A stretch of 43,546 nt of DNA from an uncultured Ignavibacteriales bacterium (lineage in GTDB: Bacteria > Zixibacteria > MSB-5A5 > GN15 > JAAZOE01), in assembly GCA_964611355.1 (NCBI GenBank), contig CAZSYD010000017.1, forward strand, positions 1 through 43,546, in the 5' to 3' direction. The notes below the pieces were generated by a model. The model was not told the origin of the DNA. It did no database searches and saw only the letters and a list, made by a program, of their open reading frames with translations. The first letter of the stretch is position 1. Each line of letters begins with the position of its first letter. A program made the translations under genes and the position numbers. This document shows positions 1 to 8,658 of the stretch, piece by piece.

Positions 1-21
1 GCCTGATCGATATGGTATTCA

Positions 22-56
22 AAGCGGGGAAGCCGAAAGGTTTCCCCGCTTCTCTT
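22..56 (+). terminator. Intrinsic terminator-like hairpin of a gene upstream of the window
   Basis: AAGCGGGGAAGCC-GAAA-GGTTTCCCCGCTT (13-bp stem, one G-U) followed by CTCTT. Confidence 0.7.
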
Positions 57-121
57 CACCATATGCGGTTTTGGTTCCAAACGGTTTGATTCAGAGTAAT
101 AAAAATATGTGATATACATTT

Positions 122-406
122 TCGCCTGAAAATATCCGTTACGATGCCCTCATAACCGTCGGCGACGACGTTGAATCGGAGGGCGAGATTAAGGTCATGG
201 AAATTGGCGGCAGGGAATACGCAAAGACAACACATGTCGCGAATTACGGGGATATTAAAGGGGCTTTCCGGCATTTGATCGGGGAATTGATTCCGCAAAG
301 CGGCCAAAAAATGGGAAACGCTCCCTGCCTGGAGATATACATCAACAACCCGGACGAAGTAATCGAAGAGAAGTGGCGGACGGAATTGTGCGTTCCGATT
401 GAGTAA
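122..406 (+). pseudogene. 5'-truncated GyrI-like (AraC effector-binding) domain remnant
   Basis: Frame reads SPENIRYDALITVGDDVESEGEIKVMEIGGREYA...CLEIYINNP...WRTELCVPI, the C-terminal part of a GyrI-like domain. In-frame TGA at 110-112 and no start codon before the homologous part. Confidence 0.6.
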
Positions 407-413
407 GGTAAGG

Positions 414-429
414 GGCGCGGAAACCGCGC
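414..429. repeat. Short palindrome GGCGCGG-AAA-CCGCGC, copy 1 (between convergent genes; possible terminator)
   Basis: Identical 16-mer recurs at 43428-43443. Confidence 0.5.
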
Positions 430-431
430 GT

Positions 432-1217
432 CTACGACTTCACTAACGGCAGGAGCTTTTCCGGGAAATCGGTAATGATCGCAGCCGGTTTTCCTGATAT
501 TAGCTTTTCCGCAATCGACAGGCGGTTCACCGTCCAGGCAAATACAGGTAGTCCGGGCTTACTTGTACCATTGAAAAAAGGCATCTTCAACAGCCGCCAG
601 TGAGGGGCCACAAAATCGGCCCTGCACGCACGGATACGATTAATAGTAAGAGTACCTTTTAATCCTTTGCTCATTACCGAAGCCGAAGGACGAAGCCCAA
701 GAAGGAGTCCTGCTTTGGCATCGGGAGTCAGCAATTTTAGTTTTAATACGGTCGAATCCGTAAAGGAAGTGAAAACGACATTTCTTAAATCGTAATACGG
801 CCGCACTGTCTCAACAACGGCTTCTTCGTAGCCGGTTTCCTTCAATTCAATATCGAGAGATATTCGACCGGAGCAGGTCTCCAGCGCTTCTTTCAGCGTT
901 GGTATTTCGAAACCGTATTTCTCGGTCAACCTTTGCACGCCGGAAAAGGTCATATCCCTGATTGGCAGGCTCGATCGTTTCAGCCATTTGTTATGATGGA
1001 CTACGATTATGCCGTCGGTTGTTCGACGCAGGTCGAATTCAACGGCATCGGCCCCGGCCTTGACGGCGGCCTCAAAAGCCCTGATGCTGTTTTCATGGAC
1101 GAGGTTTTTCAGATCGCGAAGTCTTGAACTTCGATGCCTGATCCGCCGGTGGCCGGCTCCCCGGTGGGCAATGATAATAGGCCGCTCCCACTGGCCAATC
1201 TCAGTAAAGTCGATCAT
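432..1217 (-). CDS. Glycerophosphodiester phosphodiesterase (GDPD/UgpQ family)
   Basis: IIAHRG, ENS..AF..A...GAD.VEFD, DG.IVV.H, IPTL.E, DIELK, AWTVN, IITDFP. Start moved to ATG 1217 because the upstream TTG lies in a -35 hexamer. Confidence 0.9.
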   Translation of the reverse strand: MIDFTEIGQWERPIIIAHRGAGHRRIRHRSSRLRDLKNLVHENSIRAFEAAVKAGADAVEFDLRRTTDGIIVVHHNKWLKRSSLPIRDMTFSGVQRLTEKYGFEIPTLKEALETCSGRISLDIELKETGYEEAVVETVRPYYDLRNVVFTSFTDSTVLKLKLLTPDAKAGLLLGLRPSASVMSKGLKGTLTINRIRACRADFVAPHWRLLKMPFFNGTSKPGLPVFAWTVNRLSIAEKLISGKPAAIITDFPEKLLPLVKS

Positions 1218-1224
1218 CCATGAA

Positions 1225-1253
1225 AAGCTACAGAAGCCCAAGATACAGGTCAA
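1225..1253 (-). promoter_or_regulatory. sigma70-type promoter for GDPD (probably leaderless)
   Basis: TTGACC-N17-TAGCTT, then 7 nt, then ATG 1217. Confidence 0.55.
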
Positions 1254-1270
1254 GTAAACATATCGTCCAA

Positions 1271-1290
1271 TTGCGTCATGTTTGACGCAA
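1271..1290. promoter_or_regulatory. Perfect inverted repeat, candidate operator between divergent GDPD and recF
   Basis: TTGCGTCA-TGTT-TGACGCAA; no 3' U-tract on either strand. Confidence 0.45.
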
Positions 1291-1370
1291 AAAAACAGGC
1301 CAAAGGTTTTCTTACCAGCCGGAACATCAATTATCTTTCATCTCTCCCCGGCTTTTTGTAATTTCCCATC

Positions 1371-2468
1371 ATGAGGCTTGACGTGCTGGAAGTGACCAAC
1401 TTCCGCAATATCAAAACGGCTTTGATCCGGCCCGATCCGGGGGTAAATATTTTCGCCGGCGACAACGCCGCGGGAAAAACCAACCTGCTTGAGGCGATCT
1501 TTACCCTCTGCCTGGGAAGAAGCCAGCGCGGCGCCCGCGATGCGATGATGGTCGGCGAGGGCGGGGGCGATTTCTATCGCCTGGAAGGGGTCGGCCAAAC
1601 TTCCGGCGGCGAGGTACGCCTTACCTGCGCCTTTCAGAAAGGCGGCCGCAAAAGGATCACAATCGACGGCAATGCCGCCCGAATTTCGCAGCTTTTCCAG
1701 GTTTTTTCGCTGATATCAATGGCTCCCGAAGACGCAGCGATTTTTTCCGGGCCGCCTTCGGCGCGGCGGCATTTCATGGATCTTCACCTGTCACAGGCCT
1801 CGCCCGGCTATCTGGCCGACCTGACCGACTACAATAAAGCGCTGGCACAGAAAAATTCCTTCCTCAAAAGCTGCACCGGCGAAGCGTGCCCGTTTGATCC
1901 TTTGCTGGTGCAACATGGCAGTCGCATCATCGCCGCGAGGCATAGTTTTATTCATTTCCTCCACGCGCTGGCCCCCGGCTATTATCACCAGATATCCGAC
2001 GGCGAGATATCCGACGATAAACCGGCGTTTGTTTTCGATTACAGGCCCAATATCCCGTTTGCGGGCAAAGACGAAATCGCGGTAAACTTTGAAAAAAAGC
2101 TCAAGCAGTACCGACAGAAAGAAGCGGTTCTGGAAACATCGATAATCGGCCCGCATCGCGACGATATCGATTTCCAAATCGCAGGTTTTCCGGTCCGAGG
2201 GTACGGTTCACAAGGGGAACTGCGCAGCGCCGCCGTAGCCGTTATGATGGCGGCGGCCAATTTTCTCGAGAGCCGCCGGGGTGAAAAACCGATTTTACTT
2301 TTGGATGAAGTCTTTTCCGAGTTCGATAATACCCGCCGCGAAAACATGACCGTGCTGTTCGACCACTTCGAGCAGATCTTTTTGACCACCGCGGCTGATC
2401 CGCCAAAGAAACTGCTTGACCGGGGCCGACTGTATCATGTCCGCGAAGGAAAGGTGATCGAGACTTAA
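1371..2468 (+). CDS. recF: DNA replication/repair protein RecF
   Basis: NFRN, Walker A GDNAAGKTNLLEAI, GP..RR.FMD, GPHRDD, GSQGE, PILLLDEV.SE.D..R. Confidence 0.95.
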   Translation: MRLDVLEVTNFRNIKTALIRPDPGVNIFAGDNAAGKTNLLEAIFTLCLGRSQRGARDAMMVGEGGGDFYRLEGVGQTSGGEVRLTCAFQKGGRKRITIDGNAARISQLFQVFSLISMAPEDAAIFSGPPSARRHFMDLHLSQASPGYLADLTDYNKALAQKNSFLKSCTGEACPFDPLLVQHGSRIIAARHSFIHFLHALAPGYYHQISDGEISDDKPAFVFDYRPNIPFAGKDEIAVNFEKKLKQYRQKEAVLETSIIGPHRDDIDFQIAGFPVRGYGSQGELRSAAVAVMMAAANFLESRRGEKPILLLDEVFSEFDNTRRENMTVLFDHFEQIFLTTAADPPKKLLDRGRLYHVREGKVIET

Positions 2469-2469
2469 T

Positions 2470-3543
2470 ATGTCCGGGCTGATTATCGAAAATTTGACCA
2501 AGTCATTCGACGGACAGGTGGTCCTTGATGATATTAATACCGAGGTCAGCGAAGGCGACCTGACGGTGGTACTGGGGCCTTCCGGGTGCGGCAAATCCAC
2601 GTTGCTGCGTCTTATATCGGGATTGGAGACGGCCGATTGCGGCAGGATAATTCTGGACGGTCAGGATATCACAAGTCTGGAACCGCAAAAACGAAAAACC
2701 GCCATGGTTTTTCAAAATTACGCCCTTTACCCGCACATGACCGTCTTCGAAAATATCGCCTTCCCCCTCAAGGTGTCCCGGATGCCCAAAAGTGAAATCA
2801 AAAAGAACGTCTATGAAACGGCCAGGCTTCTGGAACTCGATAAGCTACTCGACCGACGCCCGGCGCAGTTATCCGGCGGCCAGCGTCAGCGGGTGGCGCT
2901 GGGACGCGGCCTGGTGCGCCAACCGTCGATTTTCCTTCTCGATGAGCCGCTCTCCAACCTCGACGCCGCCCTGAGAACAAAGATGCGCCGGGAGATCGTC
3001 TCCCTGCAGAAACGGCTCGGCATTACGACAATTTATGTTACCCACGACCAGACCGAGGCGCTTACCATGGCCGACCGAATGGTCGTCCTGAAAGATGGTC
3101 TGATCAGGCAGGAAGGAACCCCGGCCGAAATATATGATGACCCCCGGGATACTTTTGTCGCCTCGTTTATCGGTACACCGATGATAAATTTAATCGACGA
3201 CGAGATATCCGGCGGCCGGGGCAAGCTACTGCCGATTCAGTTCGGTTCAGGCGCAAAAGACGGCAAATACATCGTCGGAATCCGCCCCGATAATATAAAA
3301 ATTAATCCTGACGGCCCGTTTACCGGCAAGGTCGAATCACTGGAATATATCGGTTCGGTTACTCACCTGCAGCTCCGTATTAGCGGCGCGACACTGACCG
3401 TCACCGATGACAGCGGTAATCCAGATGCCGAAAATATCAAGAGTAAAACGGCCGATCAAATGATCGGCCGAAAACTTGGCTTAAATATCAATTCCAGGAA
3501 GGTGTTTCTGTTCGATCCTAAAACCGGCGAAAGAGTCGGGTAA
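2470..3543 (+). CDS. MalK/UgpC-type ABC transporter ATP-binding subunit
   Basis: GPSGCGKSTLLR, MVFQNYALYPHM, LSGGQRQRVALGR, LLDEPLSNLDA, YVTHDQ.EA, C-terminal GIRP/TOBE region. Confidence 0.92.
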   Translation: MSGLIIENLTKSFDGQVVLDDINTEVSEGDLTVVLGPSGCGKSTLLRLISGLETADCGRIILDGQDITSLEPQKRKTAMVFQNYALYPHMTVFENIAFPLKVSRMPKSEIKKNVYETARLLELDKLLDRRPAQLSGGQRQRVALGRGLVRQPSIFLLDEPLSNLDAALRTKMRREIVSLQKRLGITTIYVTHDQTEALTMADRMVVLKDGLIRQEGTPAEIYDDPRDTFVASFIGTPMINLIDDEISGGRGKLLPIQFGSGAKDGKYIVGIRPDNIKINPDGPFTGKVESLEYIGSVTHLQLRISGATLTVTDDSGNPDAENIKSKTADQMIGRKLGLNINSRKVFLFDPKTGERVG

Positions 3544-3583
3544 CCGGAATTATTACCTTATCTATTTAAGTTCCAACGCCAGC

Positions 3584-4204
3584 TTATTTTCTCTCGCCCT
3601 TGATCGGTTCGGTTACAATATGAGCTTCCTTGAGAACCTCCAATATCTGCTTTCTTTTCTTTTTTGGCATTTCCTCGCCCCGGTAGGAATACTGGACGAC
3701 GAAAATACCGGTCTTGCCGGAAATCATTTTCCAAAGTTGGATGTCTCCCGGTTCGTCGGCGAGATAATCGGGACATATTATCTGGAAAATAATATACTGA
3801 TGCTTCTGCTTGGCGGAAGGTTTTTCAATAATATCCCACGTCGCATCGGGGCATCCTTTGCGGGCTTCCAGATATTTCGACCGGGCGGTTGCAACCAAAT
3901 TGACAGCCTGATTACCGGTCTTAAAATACTCCACCCAGCCCATCTCTTTCCAATTATATGTGGATTGCCCTTTGGGGTAAAATATCTCCACGTGCCTGAC
4001 CGAATCGGTATGAACAAACCCCGACTGAAACTCATCCTCTTTCGGCCATTCAGCTACCGCAGACTCCCTGATCCGGGATAAGTCCTCAAGAGAATCCGTC
4101 GGTCGGGGCGATTCTTCTTTTTTTTCCGTGGCCATGACGGCAGGCCAAACCAACATGGCCATAAGCAGAAAAATCAAAACAAATTTGACATTGAAAGTTC
4201 TCAC
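3584..4204 (-). CDS. Hypothetical exported protein
   Basis: 206-aa ORF with hydrophobic signal peptide and GGAG SD before GTG; no recognised family. Confidence 0.65.
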   Translation of the reverse strand: MRTFNVKFVLIFLLMAMLVWPAVMATEKKEESPRPTDSLEDLSRIRESAVAEWPKEDEFQSGFVHTDSVRHVEIFYPKGQSTYNWKEMGWVEYFKTGNQAVNLVATARSKYLEARKGCPDATWDIIEKPSAKQKHQYIIFQIICPDYLADEPGDIQLWKMISGKTGIFVVQYSYRGEEMPKKKRKQILEVLKEAHIVTEPIKGERK

Positions 4205-4345
4205 TATTGGCTCCTCCGAATCTGCGTTGCAGGTATTGTTCTATTATACACAAAATCGACAGATTTTCACCGGAAATTATCGGCGTGAGCGCTGTTTTTT
4301 GGCCCAATTTCAACCTTTTGTCAGGTAAGCACGGCAATTTTTTCA

Positions 4346-4373
4346 TTGCCTCGACCTGTAAACCGTCTAAATT
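4346..4373 (+). promoter_or_regulatory. sigma70-type promoter (probably leaderless)
   Basis: TTGCCT-N16-TAAATT, then 7 nt, then ATG 4381. Confidence 0.5.
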
Positions 4374-4380
4374 AGGCAAC

Positions 4381-6207
4381 ATGATAAGAACGATTACAGC
4401 GATCGTTATATTTTTTATTTCCTGTTTGCTGATTACGGGAGAGCAGACTACGGCACAACAGGTCCCGCCCGACGAATTTCCCCGCGCTCAGTCACTTTTC
4501 GCAAAGGCCCAGAGACTTATGCGGGAAAAGGATTATCCGGCCGCCGTCGACGCTTACGAGGAACTCGTCAAGGGATTCAAATACTCGCAGTATCGTGATA
4601 TCTACAATTATGCCCTGGCGCGCGCTTACTATCTGTCCGGCGATTACCGGCAAGCCGTCACGGTTTTGTCCAATTACCATTCCCTTTTCCCCAATTCTTC
4701 GCTAACGCCATATGCTTATCATCTCATGGCCAACTGCGCCTATCGGAGTGGACAGCTTGAGTCGGCTTTCCGGCTCTACGCCCGGGCGTACCGAAACGCC
4801 GACGATAATCGCTTGAGGAATCTGAGCGGGCGTTCGCTTCTGGCCGCCGTTGAGGCCGGGTATTTTCCGCCCGATTCGGTACTATCCGAAGCGCCGCCCG
4901 ATCTCGAATGTCCCATCAGAGCGCGCATGGCCTTTCTGATGGCCAGCTACTGGAGCCGGGAACAGGTTGACAGTTTTATGGTCAACTGCCCGGAAGAATC
5001 GCCGACTGAGGAGAAACCGCCTTTCCCGAAATCGAGCAGTGCGATGGTCGGCGTTATGCTGCCGTTATCAGGGCCGTTCGCCAAATACGGCAAGGCCATA
5101 CTTGACGGCGCCATGCTGGCCGCGGAAATGCTGAAAAGAGAAAAGTTCCACTTCAACATGCTGGTTTACGATACCAGGGCCGATCATATCACGGCCGCGC
5201 GAGAAGCGCAGGCTCTGGCCGAAGAGGAGGTCGACCTGATTATCGGGCCGCTTCTTTCCAGCATCGCCGCCACCGCTGCGGCCGTTTTGAGTGCGCATCA
5301 TATTCCGCTTCTGGTGCCGGCCGCAAGCCAGGCCGGCTTTACCGACCTGTCGCCGCTTTGTTTTCAAATGTCGCCGAATACCGTCACCATAGGCCGCGGT
5401 ATGGCCCAGTACGCCGCCCGCCACCGGCGCATGACCACCATGGCGGTTATCACACCGACAACTATCGACGAAACGACAATCGCCGAATCATTTGTCGCCG
5501 AGGCCAGGCGTCTGGGGGTTAACATCATTGCAGTCGAAAAGTTCCGTCCGGGCGAAACCGACTTTGGACCGTATATTAAGGATATCAAAGAAGCTATCCT
5601 GGGGCCAGCCGACGATTCGACCTTCTACGTGACTCTCGAAGGCGATACCCTGAAGCCGGGTGAAATGCCGGTTACCTTCGACGGCATCTTTATTCCGGCC
5701 ACGGAGAAGCAGCTTTTTCTTATACTTCCCCAGCTTAATTTCTACCGCGTCAACGCTTCATATCTGGGTACCGATGAATGGAATACCGAGAAAGTCCTCA
5801 AGCTGGGCGAAAAGGTCCTGCGAGACGCCGTTTTTTACTCCAGCCGGGCGGCCATGCACCATTCGACCAAATATGAAAAATTCGCCACCGCTTACGACGT
5901 CAAATACGGTACCGAGCCGGATCGGCTGGCCGCCATCGGTTACGATGCCGTCAACATGCTGGCCGATGCCCTGCGCGAAGGACGCCATGGGCCCGGCGAC
6001 ATCGCCGGTTATCTTCGATTGCTTGACGGATACGAAGGCGCTTCCGGCCGCATAACTTTCGGAACCGGCCGGTCAAACCTGGAACTGCCCTTATTCACGT
6101 TAAAGGAAGATCTTGTCCGGCCGCTGGTGGAACGACCCACGGTGGAAGAACCGCCGACTCCGCCACCAAAGTCGGTCGGCGTAGAAGTTATCAAGTACGA
6201 GTGGTAA
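4381..6207 (+). CDS. LpoA/LppC-like envelope protein: TPR (BamD-like) N-domain plus type I periplasmic-binding-protein domain
   Basis: Signal peptide from ATG 4381, TPR helices (YALARAYYLSGDY), VGVMLPLSG, LIIGPL, LAAIGYDA, YEGASGRITF. Confidence 0.75.
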   Translation: MIRTITAIVIFFISCLLITGEQTTAQQVPPDEFPRAQSLFAKAQRLMREKDYPAAVDAYEELVKGFKYSQYRDIYNYALARAYYLSGDYRQAVTVLSNYHSLFPNSSLTPYAYHLMANCAYRSGQLESAFRLYARAYRNADDNRLRNLSGRSLLAAVEAGYFPPDSVLSEAPPDLECPIRARMAFLMASYWSREQVDSFMVNCPEESPTEEKPPFPKSSSAMVGVMLPLSGPFAKYGKAILDGAMLAAEMLKREKFHFNMLVYDTRADHITAAREAQALAEEEVDLIIGPLLSSIAATAAAVLSAHHIPLLVPAASQAGFTDLSPLCFQMSPNTVTIGRGMAQYAARHRRMTTMAVITPTTIDETTIAESFVAEARRLGVNIIAVEKFRPGETDFGPYIKDIKEAILGPADDSTFYVTLEGDTLKPGEMPVTFDGIFIPATEKQLFLILPQLNFYRVNASYLGTDEWNTEKVLKLGEKVLRDAVFYSSRAAMHHSTKYEKFATAYDVKYGTEPDRLAAIGYDAVNMLADALREGRHGPGDIAGYLRLLDGYEGASGRITFGTGRSNLELPLFTLKEDLVRPLVERPTVEEPPTPPPKSVGVEVIKYEW

Positions 6208-6215
6208 GAAATCAA

Positions 6216-6950
6216 TTAGCGTATTTTCTCCTCAACTCTTTGCCCGTCGGCGGCAAAAGTGACTTCCCTGAAAAGACGCAGCAGTGTTCCGGCGTCATCA
6301 ATTATCACGTGCAGCTTCTCGCGATTAAGTCTCCTGTTCGACTTGTAGTTTTTGAAATCGTATTCGGCAAATATAAATGTGTCTCTTACGCCTTCGATCT
6401 GGAACAAGCCATGCTTTTCGATCAAACGACGTCTGAGGGAATCGGAAAACAACCGGCGCACAGTCGATTCATCCTCTCCGAAGAGAAGATATTTCTTGTC
6501 AAAATCATACTCGCCGTCAAAGGAGACCTGCGAAAGTCTTTGCCCGGCATATTTTTCAATAATCTTATTCAAGGCTGTACCGATCAGGCCGCCAAAATTC
6601 AATTTAGGGCACAGGAAAAAGCGCGGCAGGTCAAGATACGGCGATACTACCGCGGCCGTTTTGGGAGCCGCCGTATTTGAACTACCACTGGCCATAACAG
6701 TAAACAAGTATATCCGGCTGTCGGCGCGGCTCCGGCAAAAAACATCTTTAATCCTTATCCGCCCGCGTTCATGGCGACGCAGTTCGGCAACAAGATCAAT
6801 AAAAACCTGCTCAGGCCGAGAAATCTCGAAAAAGCCATATTCCAGAAGCAGACGGATTTCTCCTGCCCGTTCGGCTCGAGCCTTTTTGACGACGGAAACG
6901 ATTATTAGAATAAATACTCCAACCGAAACGAAAAAGACAATGCCTTCCAT
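6216..6950 (-). CDS. Hypothetical membrane-anchored protein (DUF3137-like)
   Basis: N-terminal TM helix, LPRFFL.P and FDKKYLLFGEDE..VRRLF segments, GGAGGGG SD. Confidence 0.65.
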   Translation of the reverse strand: MEGIVFFVSVGVFILIIVSVVKKARAERAGEIRLLLEYGFFEISRPEQVFIDLVAELRRHERGRIRIKDVFCRSRADSRIYLFTVMASGSSNTAAPKTAAVVSPYLDLPRFFLCPKLNFGGLIGTALNKIIEKYAGQRLSQVSFDGEYDFDKKYLLFGEDESTVRRLFSDSLRRRLIEKHGLFQIEGVRDTFIFAEYDFKNYKSNRRLNREKLHVIIDDAGTLLRLFREVTFAADGQRVEEKIR

Positions 6951-7148
6951 TTCCCCTCCGTATCAACGAGCTCAATTTTCCTGCGCCCCCAGCGCTCCAG
7001 CTCTATTATTTATCGGTATCCGTGGCTTTCCACCCCTTGCCATTTTGGAAAAATCTTGTATCTTACGTCATTAGGCATTGTAAAATGACATGAACTTCCG
7101 CCTGCAAGACAGCCGGCGTTTGAGGGATATGAAAATTTCCGATATAAT

Positions 7149-7748
7149 ATGACAGGGCACGCGAAGATGAAAACCGTTAACACAACAAACCTGATTTATC
7201 CTCTGGTTTTGCTAATCCTTGTGCTGGTTTCGGGATGCAGCGATGAAAGCATATCGCAGAACGGTTCGGCCACTCTGCCGGTCGATACCATAACTCCCGA
7301 TCAGGTAACGTCGAAAGCACGGATATACCTGTATTCCGGCGGACACAAAACGACCGACCTGCGCGCCGATGAGCTAAGACAATTCACCGGTCTCGATTCC
7401 ACCGCCGGCATCAGAATTGAAAGCGAGTTCTTCGATTCAACCGGCGCCCGCGTATCAACCCTTACCGCCGACGAGGGTTATATACGGGGAAAAGACAACT
7501 TTCTGGCGGTATACGGATCGGTGGTTGTCATCGGCAAAGATTCGGTACGCGTGGAAACCGAATACCTGGAATGGGATGCCGCCGGCGAGCAGGTTGAAAC
7601 CGACAGCTTTGTCACCGTTATCCGGGACGGCGATACCCTGACCAGCTACGGCATGGTCACCGATGCCGGACTTAACGATATAACCTTCAAAAAACAAGTC
7701 AGCGGCGCGCTGACAGATACGGAAAAGATCAAAAATGAAGACGAGTAG
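7149..7748 (+). CDS. lptC: LPS export periplasmic protein LptC-like (start may be 7167)
   Basis: Membrane anchor/lipobox (VSGC), FFD..G...STLTADEG, G.VVV, TEYLEWD, TDSFVT, GM.TD..L beta-jellyroll pattern. Confidence 0.75.
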   Translation: MTGHAKMKTVNTTNLIYPLVLLILVLVSGCSDESISQNGSATLPVDTITPDQVTSKARIYLYSGGHKTTDLRADELRQFTGLDSTAGIRIESEFFDSTGARVSTLTADEGYIRGKDNFLAVYGSVVVIGKDSVRVETEYLEWDAAGEQVETDSFVTVIRDGDTLTSYGMVTDAGLNDITFKKQVSGALTDTEKIKNEDE

Positions 7749-8520
7749 AAATCTTTTTATGCTGCTTCTATTTGCCGTTTTGGCGTTTTCAGTTTCGGCG
7801 CAGGCCGATGTTTCCCAAAAAAAAGCGATCAAGATCGGCAAAAAGAATTTCCAGAAGCTTATTGACGAGTCATATCATTACAAGGTCGAATATAACGACA
7901 TCATCGCCCTGCCGGTTCATTCCAAGACAACTTGGAAAAACGACTTCTACCTGCTTTATTTCCTCAAGGACAATCAGTTCCAGGTAGAGATGGAAGTGGA
8001 CAAAAAAAACGGCGAACCGACCATACTGGCTATCGGAATAATGTCGCCCCCCTATCATGAACCGCCCGACGGAACCTTCAGCGATAAATATTTCAACGCC
8101 GATTCGATCACGAATATCGGCTTTAGACGATTCCGGCTGGAGCAGGACTCGGTCCGACTGGTCTATTTTGGCGTAATACCTCGATTGGGGAAACGAGGCG
8201 TTATATGGGAGCTTTTCTCCCAGGAAGGCATAAAATATATCTCCATGACCGGGGCAACAGTAAAGATCGATCAGCTTATCTGCGATCTCAACACCAATCA
8301 GCGCAAGGAGGGCAACTTTGCGGCCGATTCGATCCGACTCGAGGACCTGGTGGCCGAGGTTACGCGATTGAACAACCTGACCGATGCTGAACAAAATCGC
8401 ATTAATTTAACGCCGGAAAGACTCGACTCCCTCACCCAAGCACATAAACAGGAAATCGAGACGATATATAAGAAATTCCCAAAACTTCGCGGCAAGGTAA
8501 AACTGGAAGAAAAAAAATAA
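7735..8520 (+). CDS. Hypothetical exported protein
   Basis: Signal peptide ending VSAQA; overlaps the lptC stop; coiled-coil-like C-terminus. Confidence 0.65.
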   Translation: MKTSRNLFMLLLFAVLAFSVSAQADVSQKKAIKIGKKNFQKLIDESYHYKVEYNDIIALPVHSKTTWKNDFYLLYFLKDNQFQVEMEVDKKNGEPTILAIGIMSPPYHEPPDGTFSDKYFNADSITNIGFRRFRLEQDSVRLVYFGVIPRLGKRGVIWELFSQEGIKYISMTGATVKIDQLICDLNTNQRKEGNFAADSIRLEDLVAEVTRLNNLTDAEQNRINLTPERLDSLTQAHKQEIETIYKKFPKLRGKVKLEEKK

Positions 8521-8658
8521 CGCTTCCAATCAGCCGTCATTATCGGCTGGAACCAAATCGCAGTAATTAAAATTTTAATCGCCTGGGGCGGCAGGCCAAC
8601 ACTTTCCGCCCGTTTTTGGTTGCCTGAGCATCGCGTCGGCTTTAGCTTAACCGGAGTT

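Noticed and set aside
4207..4380. 58-aa N-terminal extension of the LpoA-like ORF
   Set aside because: Covers the divergent promoter region; the signal peptide begins at ATG 4381.
6352..7074. 240-aa + strand ORF (and 6201-6680)
   Set aside because: Antisense shadow of 6216-6950, which has an SD, a TM anchor and family-like motifs; Arg/Ser-rich composition typical of non-coding frames.
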